64,000 bases of DNA from the human T2T-CHM13v2.0 reference genome, Homo sapiens, in NCBI RefSeq assembly GCF_009914755.1, contig NC_060942.1; one strand, given 5' to 3'. Both the position numbers and the translations under genes were made by a program. Of the stretch, positions 15,880 to 30,894 are shown piece by piece; position 1 is the stretch's first letter; each line of letters opens with the position of its first letter. The notes below the pieces were generated by a model, which did not search any database, was not told the origin of the DNA, and worked only from the letters and a program-made list of their open reading frames with translations.

Positions 15880-16133
15880 CTGGACCCGGACCTCTGGTAG
15901 GTTGACCTTGCCGGCCAGCTCCTCGCGGCTGTACACGTCCGGGTAGTGGGACTTCTCGAACGCGCGCTCCAGCTCATGCAGCTGGTACGTGGTGAAAGTC
16001 GTGCGGTTCCGCCGATGCTTTTTCTTGGGCTGTTCCTCCTCTGACAGTTTCGCTTCGCCGGTGGCTGGCCCGACGGGCAGCCCTGGGCTCGGCCGTGCCT
16101 CCCCGGGCTCCTTGGGGCAGTAGGGTCGAGGGG
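15880..16133 (-). CDS. RAX: RAX exon 2: linker and homeodomain helices 1-2 ([23 protein letters not shown]...EVRVQ)
   Basis: Acceptor cag|CCCCTCGA, donor CAG|gtaaag, 254 nt. The intron falls at the canonical paired-class position (Q|VWF). Confidence 0.98.
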
Positions 16134-16436
16134 CTGGGGCGACGAGGCCCGGGAGGGTCAGATGCACTCCCCAAAACACCCTTGGGCCGACCCCGCCTCG
16201 CTGTGGGCACTGGCCAGCCCGCCTGCGGGCTCCGAGATGGCCCGGGGAGGTCCGTGGTGAGGGCGGCGATGGGTCCTAAGCTTTCTCTGAATGCAAATTG
16301 GAAGCTCCCGCCATAGACGGTCCCCAACCCCGCGCCCAGTTGCCTTAATAAAAGTTAAGGAAGGGGCGCTCTCGTCTGGCCAACTCCTAAGCTCGGGCGC
16401 CCGAACGGCCTCGCACAGCCAGGGGTGCGCACTCAC

Positions 16437-16725
16437 CTTCGTACTCGGGGGCGGGCGCCGGGGCTGGCGGCGGGGAGGGCTCGGAGCCTTCCTCGGGCGC
16501 CTTGGGGCAGGCGGGCCGCGCGCCCAGCCTCCTATCCCGCTCCTTCGCGCCCCGGGCGCCCCGCTCCGCCGGGAAGGTGCCGAGGATCCCGTCGTCCTTG
16601 GTAAACCCCAGGATGGCCTCGATGCTGTGAAGTCGCGAGGTGCTCCCGCCCGGGCTGCGGAGCAGGTGGCCGGCAAGCGAGAAGCTCCCGTCGGCCATGG
16701 CTGGCGCGCAGCCCGGCAGGTGCAT
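16437..16725 (-). CDS. RAX: RAX exon 1 CDS (MHLPGCAPAMADG...; octapeptide/eh1 HSIEAILG)
   Basis: ATG at 16725, donor GAAG|gtgagt at 16437/16436, 289 nt, phase 1. Confidence 0.98.
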
Positions 16726-18679
16726 GGGGAGCGCCGGGAGGCGGGAGGGCGCTTTGGAGACGGAGAGGAGAGGCTCGAAGCCGGGTCTTCCCGAGTGCGG
16801 CGGTGCAACCCGACGGGTCCCGACCCTAGGTCAAGCTCCGCGGGCGAAGCCCGCCCGGGCTGCGCACGCTGGGGGTGGCCGAGCGCTCAGCCCGCTGCCG
16901 CCTTAGTCCCAGAAGTCGGAAGTTCGGGCTCGGGGTAGCTGGGGCTCTCGGCGCTAAAGGCGGGGAGCCAACTGGCCCTCGGCTCCTCCCCTCTCGCCCT
17001 GGACCCAGCCCCTTCTCTCGGCCCCTCCCTCCACAGAGGGGCGTGTCCTCACCCGGCCCAGCCACAGGGTCCTCTAGTGGCCACCCCTGGGCCGGCACTA
17101 GGAATATTCCCCTTCCACCTCTTGATCCGTTTTAAGCTTTACAAACACACTCCGGGGATCCGCGGCGGGATGCCTGATGGGCTCGGGAACCTGGTCGCGG
17201 CGCACCCCTAGTCCTGCCTCAGTGGGGCCGACGCCCTTGGGCTCATCTCTCCCCTTGCGTTTGTCTCCCTCTACTTCGGGCTTACCCTCTCACTTCAGAC
17301 TACCCCCTGGGGGTCACCTCCCTCCTTGGACGCACCCCTCCCCAGCTTCAGACTCGCCCCTCTAGCCCCCTCTGGCTCACCTCCGCGGGGCCGCCACCCT
17401 GGCCTGTGCCCCCTGGAAGCGCCGAGACCCAGCCGAAGGCTTCCCAGCCCCGCACTCGTCGCAGTTTGAATTTCCCCTCGCTGGCTCCCTTTTCGGGACC
17501 CACTCCTTTCTTGGCTGGGTTGTACGAAGTCCCGGACCTCGCGTTTAGTTTGTCCGTCTATATCTGTTGTAACTCCTCCCAGTCCCCTCGGACTTGAGCG
17601 CCGGCAGCCTCCCTCCTTCCCCGCAGCGCCCACCCCAGGGCCATTTATGTCCGCAAGTCCGGTGACCTCTAGCGCCCGATCGCCCAGCAGGAGACTGGGA
17701 GCCCCGAGTCGGATGTGCTGCCGGGCTCAGGTCCCGCAGGAGACCCACCTGGAGTTCCTCGCTCCCGCCCCTTGTCCTGCGGGGAGGGCGGGCTCCTTTA
17801 CTGATGAGCAGCGGTGTCGCACTCCCGCCTCCCTCCAACACTCCGGGCCAAGGAGATGGCCCAGAGCTGGCTGGGGAAGGACCTTCTCCCGGGGAAGAGG
17901 CCTCTCGCCTCCCCGAGGGTTCAGGAGTAATTGGCTTGCAGTTCTTTCTCCTTTGGACCCCCTCGAGGCTTCCGTGGCCCACAGTGACTGATCGGCCACT
18001 TGGAAAGATGATTGGATAGGGTGAGTGTGTTTCACCTCCAGCAGCGCGGATGGACAATGGCGCTGTGAACGTCTCACCCCTCAAATCTGAGGCGAGACCC
18101 GAGGCGAGCGCTTGGCCTTCCCTGAACTGGTGGCCTGAACCGTGAATTAAAATGCTTTCCTATAAAAGCTCAAGGACCTAGAGGACAATATCCCTAAAAT
18201 CTCCTTTTCAGTAGGCGCTCTGATCTCCACAGCAGGGGTGTCTTCTTTATCCCGCTTGCGTTCAGACAAGCGTTTGCTGCGTCCCTTTAGAGGGCAAGGC
18301 AACCGTCGAGGGCCACGTCGTGGGCATCAAACAAATTGGGAAAGGCCAGGGCCGTTGGCCTGGTGGAGTTTAACGTCCAGTCTGGAAGACAAGACAAAGG
18401 AAGAGGGAAAACACACATCCTCAGATCCCCAACCTTTAAATTGGTGTTAGAAGGATGTTTGCGGAGGACAAGTCAATTTCTTAAGGATCATTCAATGGTT
18501 AATTCCCCATGATGGGCATATCTACTTTTAATAAAACTATATAATGGCAAACTAAAATAAGGGCAAGCATGTGACTGCAGGAGATAGAAATTGAACTAAT
18601 TCAAGTCAGAAATTATCTTTTAAGAAAAAAGCTAAAATTAATGAAAGTTAATAGCACTTTACAGTGTTCACATATTACT

Positions 18680-18810
18680 TTATTTACTTATTATTTATTT
18701 GTCTGTTTATTTTAGAGACAGGGTCCCTCTCTGTTGCCCAGGCTGGAGTGCAGTGGCATGATGGTGGCTCACTGCAGCCTGGAACTCCTGGGCTCAAGCA
18801 ATTCTCTCGA
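18680..18810 (-). mobile_element. Alu monomer or partial AluJ/FLAM
   Basis: (TTTA)n tail followed by gagacagggtccctctctgttgcccaggctggagtgcagtgg. Confidence 0.8.
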
Positions 18811-18829
18811 CATGTCACTTTGTAGGTTT

Positions 18830-19005
18830 CAGAATCTTCTCACATTCTTCATGTCATCTGATCTTCACAACCTTGTGAGGTGAGCAGGACAGACATATTG
18901 GTCCCCATTTTACAGAAGAGGAAACTGAGGCTCAAAGTGATACAGCTATTAAGTGGAAGGGTCAGGACTAGAACTCAGGCCACTGACTCCTTGTCCAGTG
19001 TTTTC
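18830..19005 (-). mobile_element. MIR
   Basis: ccccattttacagaagaggaaactgaggctca core. Confidence 0.8.
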
Positions 19006-19379
19006 TGCCTGCAGCTCATTTGTAATTATTATTGTAGTGTGTGATCTTTTTGAAAAGAATCAAAGCCCATCTTAGCCTGCAGTCTGTCTTTAATCCTTCC
19101 CTGAGACTGGATTCTGCATCTAAGAGGCGGAGGTAGAAGCAGTTTAGCTCCCAGAAGAAATAAAGTCAGAGCCTATAGAGAGTGGGCTTTGGGTACCGGC
19201 ATCCAGGGCAAATTAACAAACCCTCTGGAAAGTCCCCTGACAGACCAGGTTTTGCCTCCTCCTCCGCCCCTCCTCCACCTTTCCAGGGCCCACAAATGGC
19301 CTGGTGGCACCCGAAAAGGTCTGACTGCCAGTGACATAGACCAGGTGGCTGACGTGCTGAGGTGGTGGTGATCAGAGGG

Positions 19380-19565
19380 CAGCTGTGGGGATAATTAATT
19401 GGTATTTGTTGTTCCCCCTCTGACCGAGAATGCTTTTTATGCAAACTTCCCCAATATTAAATTGATCTCGATAATCACCGCTAAACAAAGATTGGCAGCG
19501 TTTCCTTAAGCTCCTGCCCACACGCTGCTAAGGGGTTTATGGCCTTGTTTTCCAAAGTTAATTCC
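19380..19565. promoter_or_regulatory. RAX upstream enhancer, probably the described OTX2/SOX2 element CNS1
   Basis: TAATCA (19472-19477), 6-nt spacer, AACAAAG (19484-19490). Also ATAATTAATT at 19391 and ATGCAAAC at 19439. Lies ~2.7 kb upstream of the RAX ATG. Identity with CNS1 is from recall, not alignment. Confidence 0.65.
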
Positions 19566-20659
19566 TCTGGAACTGCCCAGCTCCTCCTAATAAGTCCAGG
19601 TGAGGTTAGCTTTTATTTACTGTTTATTTCAGAGTCTGGGGAAAAAAGCAGAAAAGACTTCAACAGCCACTGGCGAGGGCAGGGGTGGTGGTGATGGGGG
19701 TGGGGGAGACAGGGCAGAGGAGGACGAGGGGGAGTTGGGGCTTCCTTTGTGCAGGACATAAAGAGCTAGTCAGTACCATTGTGGGCACGGTGGAGGGTAC
19801 TCCAAGCAATCAGCCGGGGGTCATTGTTAGGGGCTAATCTACGTGTGTATTTCCCAAGAACTCGATTAGGGAAGATGAATGGACTGGGCCATGTCCCTAA
19901 TTCTTCTAGCATGAAGCTGCATTTTTCCAGCAGTTAGGCTAGCTCATAATCAGCCCTGCTTCAGCAACAGTAAGGAGCCTGGCTTCTGAACCCCACCTCT
20001 GATTAATTCATTAATTCATTAGATGGATCAAAGAAAACCCCTCCTTCCATCCCCCACCTGCGGCCAACCTTAGACACAGCTAAAGCCCCATTAAACTTGG
20101 GATGGTTGGGAGACACACATTTCCAAACGTGAGGAAGTTGTAGTATAAAGCGACTCCTTGATCGTGGCTGTATGGAGAAGGTCCAATTTCTGGAAGTATT
20201 CTGGATGAACAGTCTCACCTACAACACGGGGGAGACATGCATATCCCTGTGCACTGGACGGAGAAGGAGAGGGAGAGCGGTGAATTAAGGACATTCAGCC
20301 ACAGTCTCTAGTCATTTCACCTCTCAGCGATGTTTTACATTAGGGTGAAAATGTCTGTGGAAAGGCCTATGATATATCAATTCGTAAAGTGTATCAAATA
20401 AACTTGATTGTCTGCATGTAGATTTTCCCCATAGCAGATGTATTTTAATCCTGGAATAACTCCCCCTGTGTCACGCCATATTCGAGGACCTCCTCCTCCC
20501 ACTAGCTGATACACGTGCAAGAAAGGCAACTTACTTTTAGTTTTAGCCAGAGCAAAACACAACTCATATAATCACTAAACACGCACACACACCATACACA
20601 CACACTGAAGTTCAACAAATTCAGTTGTCAAGAGTTAAGAATACATACAAGAGCTACTA

Positions 20660-21220
20660 TTTATTGAATGCTAAGTACATGTCAGTGGGTATATGCCATA
20701 AGCTTTTGAGTATTATTTTACATGAATTGCCCAATTTAGTTCTTACGATAATCCTATGATGTAGATGCTGCTATTATTATTATTATTAGAGACAGAGTCT
20801 GGCTCTGTTGCCCAGGCTGGAGTGCAGTAACATGATCACAGCTCACTGCAGCCTCAACCTCTTGGGCTCAAGTATCCTCCCACCTCAGCTTCCTGCAAAG
20901 CTGGGACTACAGGTGCAGGCCATCACATCCAGCTAATTTTTGTATTTTTTTGTAGAGATGGGTTTTCGCCATGTTGCCCAGGCTGGTCTTTAACTCCTGG
21001 GCTCAAGCAATGTTCCTGCCTTAACCTCCAAAAATGCTGGGATTACAGGCTTGAGCCACCGCACCTGGCCAGTAGACACTATTATTATCCCTACTTTACA
21101 GATGAGGAAACTGAAATACAGAGAGGTTCTGTAGCATGTCCAAGGTCACACAGCTGGTTTCAAGTAGAGCCAGGATCTGAACCTAGGTGTTTTACTCAGG
21201 AATGCTTCCTTCTGCCCACC
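20660..21220 (-). mobile_element. MIR interrupted by AluJ (20772-21070)
   Basis: MIR core ctactttacagatgaggaaactga at ~21091, plus a full Alu with (ATT)n tail. Confidence 0.85.
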
Positions 21221-22854
21221 ATGTGTGCTACCCCCAACACGGTATGTGTATTAACATGCACCATTAATTCTCCAGTGGCCATAAGAGAACCAGCAGATAA
21301 ATTAAAGCAAGAAAATTTGGGAGTCAAATGTAACAAGAATAATATAGTTCAGAGTGATGTGGGGATGAGAAAGGTATGGTGGATGGCCTATAATTTATTA
21401 AGTCATTTAAGATGGTTACAGGTTTGCTAAAAAAAAAAAATAATAAGTATGCCATTCAACTTTCCAAGGCTATCTCATGAAGCTTAGGGAGTTTTCTCTG
21501 TTCTGAGTTTCAAATCACTCTCAGTGGTTTGTGAACAATATATATTTAAGCATCTAAAAGATATTTTTCAGCATTGGCCTTTGATGCTGTGAATTCTCCC
21601 CTATATTGTATTATATATTGCATATCATGGGCGAGTTGCTGGCAATGGTTGCAAAAATATCACTAGCTAAGCTCTTTTAAATACTGACATTGCATCCAGA
21701 GATAAAATACACTATGCTTGTTCATCTCTCACTACCAGATCTCCCTCATTTATGAAACATTAGCTACTTGAAGCAACCCACAAGGTATATCAGAAAAATG
21801 TTCTTAGAGGTGCCTACCAGAACCCCATTTTTACATGTGGGCAACTAACAATGAATATCCTTGGCCACTTTCATAAATATATGACCTTGACACATATGAT
21901 AAAGACATTTCCAGTATAGTAGTTTACCTCTTACTATGACAATCTGGATGTTCTCTAGTATTTTCAGACTAGATTGAAGCAAATGTTGATATAAGGATAG
22001 TGTAGTGAATAATAACCCCATCAGATAATCGTGGCTGAAAGACCATAAACCAACAAAGAGATGGGCCTCATGTAGACATTATGGGTTTAATTGAGAGCCC
22101 TCGCAGATGGGCATATGGAAGCAAGCATTTCATCTCGTCACAAGACGAAATGAAGGGCAGTTGAGAGCTGTTGTTTCCCAGCAGTAATACCCTGTTTGAA
22201 AGCCTTCCTTTCACTTAAAAATAGGGACCACAGCTCTCTGCAGACCATCCAGCAATTAGCAAGAAGTCTCCTCCTTGGGAATTTCCATTGTTTCCCAATT
22301 ATGATATTTTTGGAAACAGCATCACTTAAAACTGCCCTCCCACTTAGTGTCCTGTTATTTCAGGGGATCGTATATTGAAGATTTAGAAAACGAACTTTGA
22401 TGATTATCTGTTCTGTTCTCTTATTTCTAGCCCCCATTTTAACATTTTAGATGTGAAAAATGTGTGGGCCCAGAGAAATTAAGCAGTTAGCCCAAGGTGA
22501 GACAGAATGTTTGTACTAGGGCTTGGACTGGAGGCCGGGTCCCAGACTCCCAGGGTGTCCACTGGGCACTCTGGCATTAGCACCGCCATGCTGAGCTCTC
22601 AGGCTGTTACACTCAGATGCCCCACGCTTATAGTTAGAGAAAGTCAGTGCATGAATTGTGGAGGAATATATTTGTTGTACAAACACAATGAAGTTACTCT
22701 TCACACAACTCCCCCGTCACTTACCAACCCAATTATCTTGGTTCTGAGCTTGCTTTTACAACTGATGCAAGTTCAAGTAGCCTCTCGGTAAGAGGAAAAA
22801 TTCCCTTGGCAATAGATTTGCAGGGATTTTTGGCAAACAGCTAATATTGCTACG

Positions 22855-23065
22855 CATTGGTGTGCTGGAATCAGCCCTTACTGGCTTGTAAGAACTTATG
22901 GTTAGCATCTTCCCAGTTCTGAGTTCAGTGATTCATCTTAGTAGCTTGAAATCAGCCACAGTGGTAGTAATTTCACCACAGCAATTGGCAAACACTAAAA
23001 ATCAGACAGTCCCCCTCTCAACTTAAAAACTAAATGATATTTAAACATTACTAGCATATTACTGC
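22855..23065. mobile_element. hAT-type MITE (MER63-like)
   Basis: Degenerate terminal inverted repeats cattggtgtgctgg ... ctagcatattactg. Family assignment is from recall. Confidence 0.5.
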
Positions 23066-23689
23066 TCCTACCTCATTAAAAATGAGGAAATCAGGAAGTG
23101 TTTATTATTGTTATTATTTATTATTAAAACTAAAACAAAACCATGATTGACGGGGTGAGAGACGTCTACCTTTTTACTCAGAAATGAAAATTTACATCAT
23201 TATCTCAGAATATATAAACAAAAGAGGGAACTTGGATTTCTGCCAAATAAATGGACTTTTTTGAGTTGTTAGGAGCAAAGCTATATTAAGATAATTCCTC
23301 TTTACTTGTTTTCTAATTAAACTAATTGAATTCAGAGTGTCTAGGGGGAAGCACTAAAGACATTTATCTTGAGGGGATGATGGTCTTGAAGCCTATCAAT
23401 CCTCTTAGAGTGCTAAGAAGGCAAATCCAAGGATGCCCATTTTGCAGCAGCCTTGACCCAACCCCCACCCGGGGTTTGGCTGGCTCTAGTCTTTTTCACA
23501 GCAAGGCAGTGTTCTACTGAAAATCATTTGGCTTCCAGTTCTCTACAACCTCCGGTTTTCTTTCTAGCTCACTGGTTGCTCCTCGGCAGTATCCTCCCTG
23601 GATTCCTCCTCTTGTCCTTGACCTCTGAAAGCTGGAATGCCCAGCCCAGCCCTAGGTCCTGCTCCCTATTTAGACTCACTTTCTTGATG

Positions 23690-24010
23690 CTCTCCTTGAC
23701 TCTACTCTGGAACTCTTTCTGACTCCTGTAGTTTATTGACTGCCTGTTAGGCATCTCCATTTGCTTGCGTATTGAGTACATGTTAGAAACAGAGTTTCTG
23801 AATAGGACTTCCCTCCTGCACCTGTTCTACCACCATCTTCCTCATATCTGTAAATGGCTGTTTCACTCACGTGTCTCAAATTCTAAGCCATTTCTCTTTC
23901 TATCACCCAATTTGTCAGGCAATCCTGTTGGCTGTAGCTTCAACATATAAACAGATTCTGATGGCTTTTCTCCATCTCCAATCTGGTGCAAACCACCATT
24001 CATCTCTATA
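23690..24010 (+). mobile_element. L2 fragment
   Basis: gcatctccatttg..., catatctgtaaatggc..., gcttcaacatataaacagattctga, typical of L2. Confidence 0.55.
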
Positions 24011-24219
24011 GGGCTCAAGTGGTCCTCCTGCCTCAGCCTCCCGATTAGCTGGGACTACAGACATGTGCCACCACGTCTGGCTAATTTTTTTGTATTTTTG
24101 GCAGAGACGGTGTTTCACCTTTTTGGCCAGGCTGGTTTCCAACTCCTGACCTCAGGTGATCTGCCTGCCTCGGCCTCCCAAAGTGCTAGGATTACAGGTG
24201 TGAGCCACCACACCCAGCC
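24011..24219 (-). mobile_element. Partial Alu
   Basis: Alu left arm, linker and part of the right arm. Confidence 0.88.
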
Positions 24220-24504
24220 TCCTTTGTATTCAGATAAATAATTATAGCACAACTCTGGTTCAGATCCATAAATATGTGTTGGGTTACTCTCCTTCTCTTC
24301 TAATTCAAAGTCAACATACACATTCTCATTCCCCCAAATGGAAGCTGCCTGCTTCTTAAAATAGGAGTTTAACATATTCCATTTTATGTTTTAATTTGGA
24401 GAGTGAAAAAAAAAAAAAACCCAGAATGCAGCTAACTCCTGACAAAGCACGAGCTACTCACAAGCAGAAACAATTCAAAGGCCAGGACTGTGTCTCCTAC
24501 TTCC

Positions 24505-25680
<1,176 letters not shown>

Positions 25681-26199
25681 AGAGTTTGTAGAACACTTTA
25701 TGATTAGCAAGATGACTAACAGAAGGCTAGAACACAATCAACTCTTGATTATCTCAAGCTAGTAAGAGGTGCACAGAGAACCACAAACATCAGATTGTCT
25801 CTAAATGCCATATGTTTGCTTTGAAAATGCATTAGCATCAATGTTGAATCATTCACACTTGAATTATCCCCTCCCTATCGTGGCTGCTCAGCACTTCAAC
25901 TTTGTCTCCTTTTCACGTTTCTTAGTTCCATTTCTTCCTCACACCGTAAATTACCATGTCATCCTCCACAGGTAAAAAATATGTGTGTTCTAGTAAACTA
26001 AGCCGAAGTATTATTAGAGAAAATAGAGTATGTATTGCATGTGTGCGTGTGCGCATGTGCGTGCATACGTTTAGGGAACTACTCTGCAAGTCGGCTATAG
26101 AACAAGCTTTCCCCAAACTCCTCCACTCTACAGGGTCTTGGGGAATTTCTAGCACAGTGTCCGGTGCACAGTGAGCTCTTGAGACTCTTAGTTCCTGTT

Positions 26200-26647
26200 T
26201 TGTGTTGACTAGATGCCCCTGAAAATTTATATGTTGAAGTTCTAACCCGCAGCACCTCAGAATGTGACCTTACTTGGAAATAGGGTTGTTGCGGATAATA
26301 ATTAGTTAAGTTACAATGAGGTCATAAAGGAGTAGATGGTCCCTAATCCAAAATGACTGGTGCCTTTAAAAAGAAGGGGAAATTTGGACACAGACGCACA
26401 CCCGGATGAAGGCAGACATCAGGGTGATGCTTCTACAAGCCTAGGAACACCAAAGACTGCCAGCAGCGACCAGAAGCTCAGGGAGAGGCATGGAACAGAT
26501 TCTCCCTCGCAGACCTCGGAGGAAACCAACCCTGCAGACACCTTGATCTCAGACTTGCAGCCTCCAGTATGGGAGACAATCGGTTTCTGCTGTTTAAGGC
26601 CCCCAGTCTGTGGTCCTTTGTCATGGCAACCCCAGCAAATGAGTACC
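26200..26647 (+). mobile_element. MaLR solo LTR (MLT1B/C-like)
   Basis: tatgttgaagttctaacccgcagcacctcagaatgtgaccttacttggaaataggg ... ctttgtcatggcaaccccagcaaat. Confidence 0.82.
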
Positions 26648-26949
26648 GTTCCCTTCCCTTATTTGCCGTCTTCCTTACCTTCATGATAAGCCCCTTGTTG
26701 TATTTGTGAAAAAGCTGGTCTGTTTTATTATGCTTTCCTACAAATCTCTGGGAAAGTCTTGTCTTCCTTGAGGTGCCCAAGAAAAGGTGTCGATGATTTT
26801 TGGTGCGTGTCGAGGTCGGATGAACTTTTTTCAGCTCACAGATATGGCCAGATCTCTCCACCAGTGTTCTTTGCACATCACACTTTATTAAATTTTGATG
26901 AAACTTGTGAATACCCTGTAAAGCCTCAGTTAAATTATTCCAACATTGT

Positions 26950-28825
<1,876 letters not shown>

Positions 28826-29129
28826 GGCAAAAGAACATTCCAATATTCTAGATTCTGAAATTTAGTATAAAGCTTGCCTATTTTGCAGACTTTGTCAAGC
28901 TTTTGCTGCCCTAAAGGCAAGTCAGATAGTTCATGGTCCTACAGGAAAGGGCAAGCCACAATCTCCTTTTCCTGCTCCCCCTTTCTCCTGTTCCTGGCCT
29001 TAGTCATTGTCAATGCCATGTTCATCTCAGTAACATTAATGAGCTGGATACCATGAGTTAACTTGGCATGTGCCATCTCATTTCATTTCAGAGGTCAGTA
29101 TTATTATAATCCTTCTTCCCTGAAGTCTC

Positions 29130-29800
29130 CATATTCAATATTTGCAGGAGTTCCTTTGGCTCTGCTTCTCCACCACCGTGCAGGCCACCGTCTTACCTTG
29201 CTTGGACAGAGGACTGAATTAGCCTTCTAACTGGTCTCCTTTCTGCTACTCTTAGCTCCCTTCTCTCCACTTTCCACGCAGCAGCCAGATAATGTTGAAA
29301 AATATAAATCGGATCATGCCACTCCCTGCATAAAATTTACCCAAAGGCTCACTGTAACAGGATAAAATCCAAACTCCTTGCACTGCTCAAGAAGACTTAC
29401 TGTTTTTCCACTTCTCACATCTCCTGATTTAACACTTCCGACTCCTTTCCTATCCCTACCAACTTGCTCACTGAGCTGCACCCCCCTCTTGGCCTCTTTC
29501 CTCTTCTTGAAATCCTCTTCTTGAAATCCTCCTTCTTGAAATCTTGAGCTCCTTTCTGCCTCAAGACCTTTGCCCTTACTATTCTCTCTGCCTGAAATGC
29601 CCTCCCTCAAATATTTGCATGATCTTCTTATAAATCCATTTTTTTAATAGCACCTACTACTCTCCAAACCTATCTTCTTTATTTTACTATCCGTCTCCCC
29701 TCACTGGAATCTTAGCTACGTGAGAATAGGGACCTTACCTCTTGGATCTCCAGCACCCAGAACATATGTTGCACACAGTCGTGGTTGAGTCAATGAATAA
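29130..29800 (+). mobile_element. L2
   Basis: agccttctaactggtctcc, aaaatccaaactcctt, and 3' end gttgagtcaatgaat. Confidence 0.7.
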
Positions 29801-30894
29801 CTACAAGGAACTCTATTTTTCACATAAGGAAGAAGTTAAGCAACTTGTCTGGTTTCACACAGCTATTAATTGGCACAAGCATACATTTTTTCACATTCTT
29901 ATACTCAGTCATCTGGAGTTTTTCTAAAATATTAATTATTTCCCATGTGTTTGGAAAATGTCAAACTGCTTAGCTTTCCTTCCCAAATAGTCCACAGAAA
30001 TCATTTGATCACTTTCAAAAGGCATGTCAGTCCACTCCAGTCTTGTTAGCATCAGCGCTGGCTGGGGTTTCCTCCACCGCCTTTGATGTGAGCGTTCATT
30101 AAATGAGGAGACAGGGGTTCCCATGCAACGCCATTGCCATCTTGCTCAGAACCCACACCACTCTAGGGAATGTCAGTTTTTTCCCCCAAGGCGGGTCCAG
30201 CAACTCTACTGTTTAGTTTACTTTTACAGTTCACGGTGATTTTATGAACATCTCTTTGTTGATTTTTATTGTGCTTTCTCCTTTGACCTCTTAAGCCCTA
30301 AAAATGCTGATCCTATATGTTCTGATGAACCGAATTAGCCCCTTTTAGCCACCAGATGCTTTCAGTAGGGTTTACAAGATGCTCCCCAGAAGTGTCTTCA
30401 TTCAAGTGTTGGGAGTTTACGGTGCTTACTGCAGGGCGTGTGCATTGTCAGTTAAATGAATGATCTTTAAAAAAACACAACTTGGAAATCTTCAAGGGCT
30501 TCTGAAATGAGTTAAGAAAATAAGTAAACCTCATTTTGTACATACATGCTATCTTTCTTTAACTTCAGAAATTAGATGCCATCTAAGAATGATGTTTTTA
30601 GCATATAAACAGAGTTGTAAAAATATATTGTTTTCAAGGGCTAGCCGCATTTTAGAGTTGGGTAAAGGAGCTAAACTTCGGCACAAGTAAATTTCTTGTA
30701 CTAGTCTTTCTACTTTTGGTGAGGTTTGAAATTTTTCCATAACAAAAAAAAATATATTTTAAAAGGCAAAAAAGCCACAAGTTTTCTAAATCTGAATTTA
30801 ATTTGTACAATTTCAAAATTTATTACATTCTCCAAGCATACTTTTTGCAGCTCTCAAAACTGCTCTTTCTAATGTAGACAAGCAAAGGATATTA

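Larger units (their letters stand above)
15850..18330. promoter_or_regulatory. CpG island over RAX promoter and exons 1-2
   Basis: Dense CpG, GC boxes, and CCAAT-type ATTGG at ~17930 and ~18011. Confidence 0.88.

Noticed and set aside
16158-18084. Many 100-216 aa ORFs in the RAX promoter island
   Set aside because: CpG-island stop-codon depletion, with no recognisable domains.
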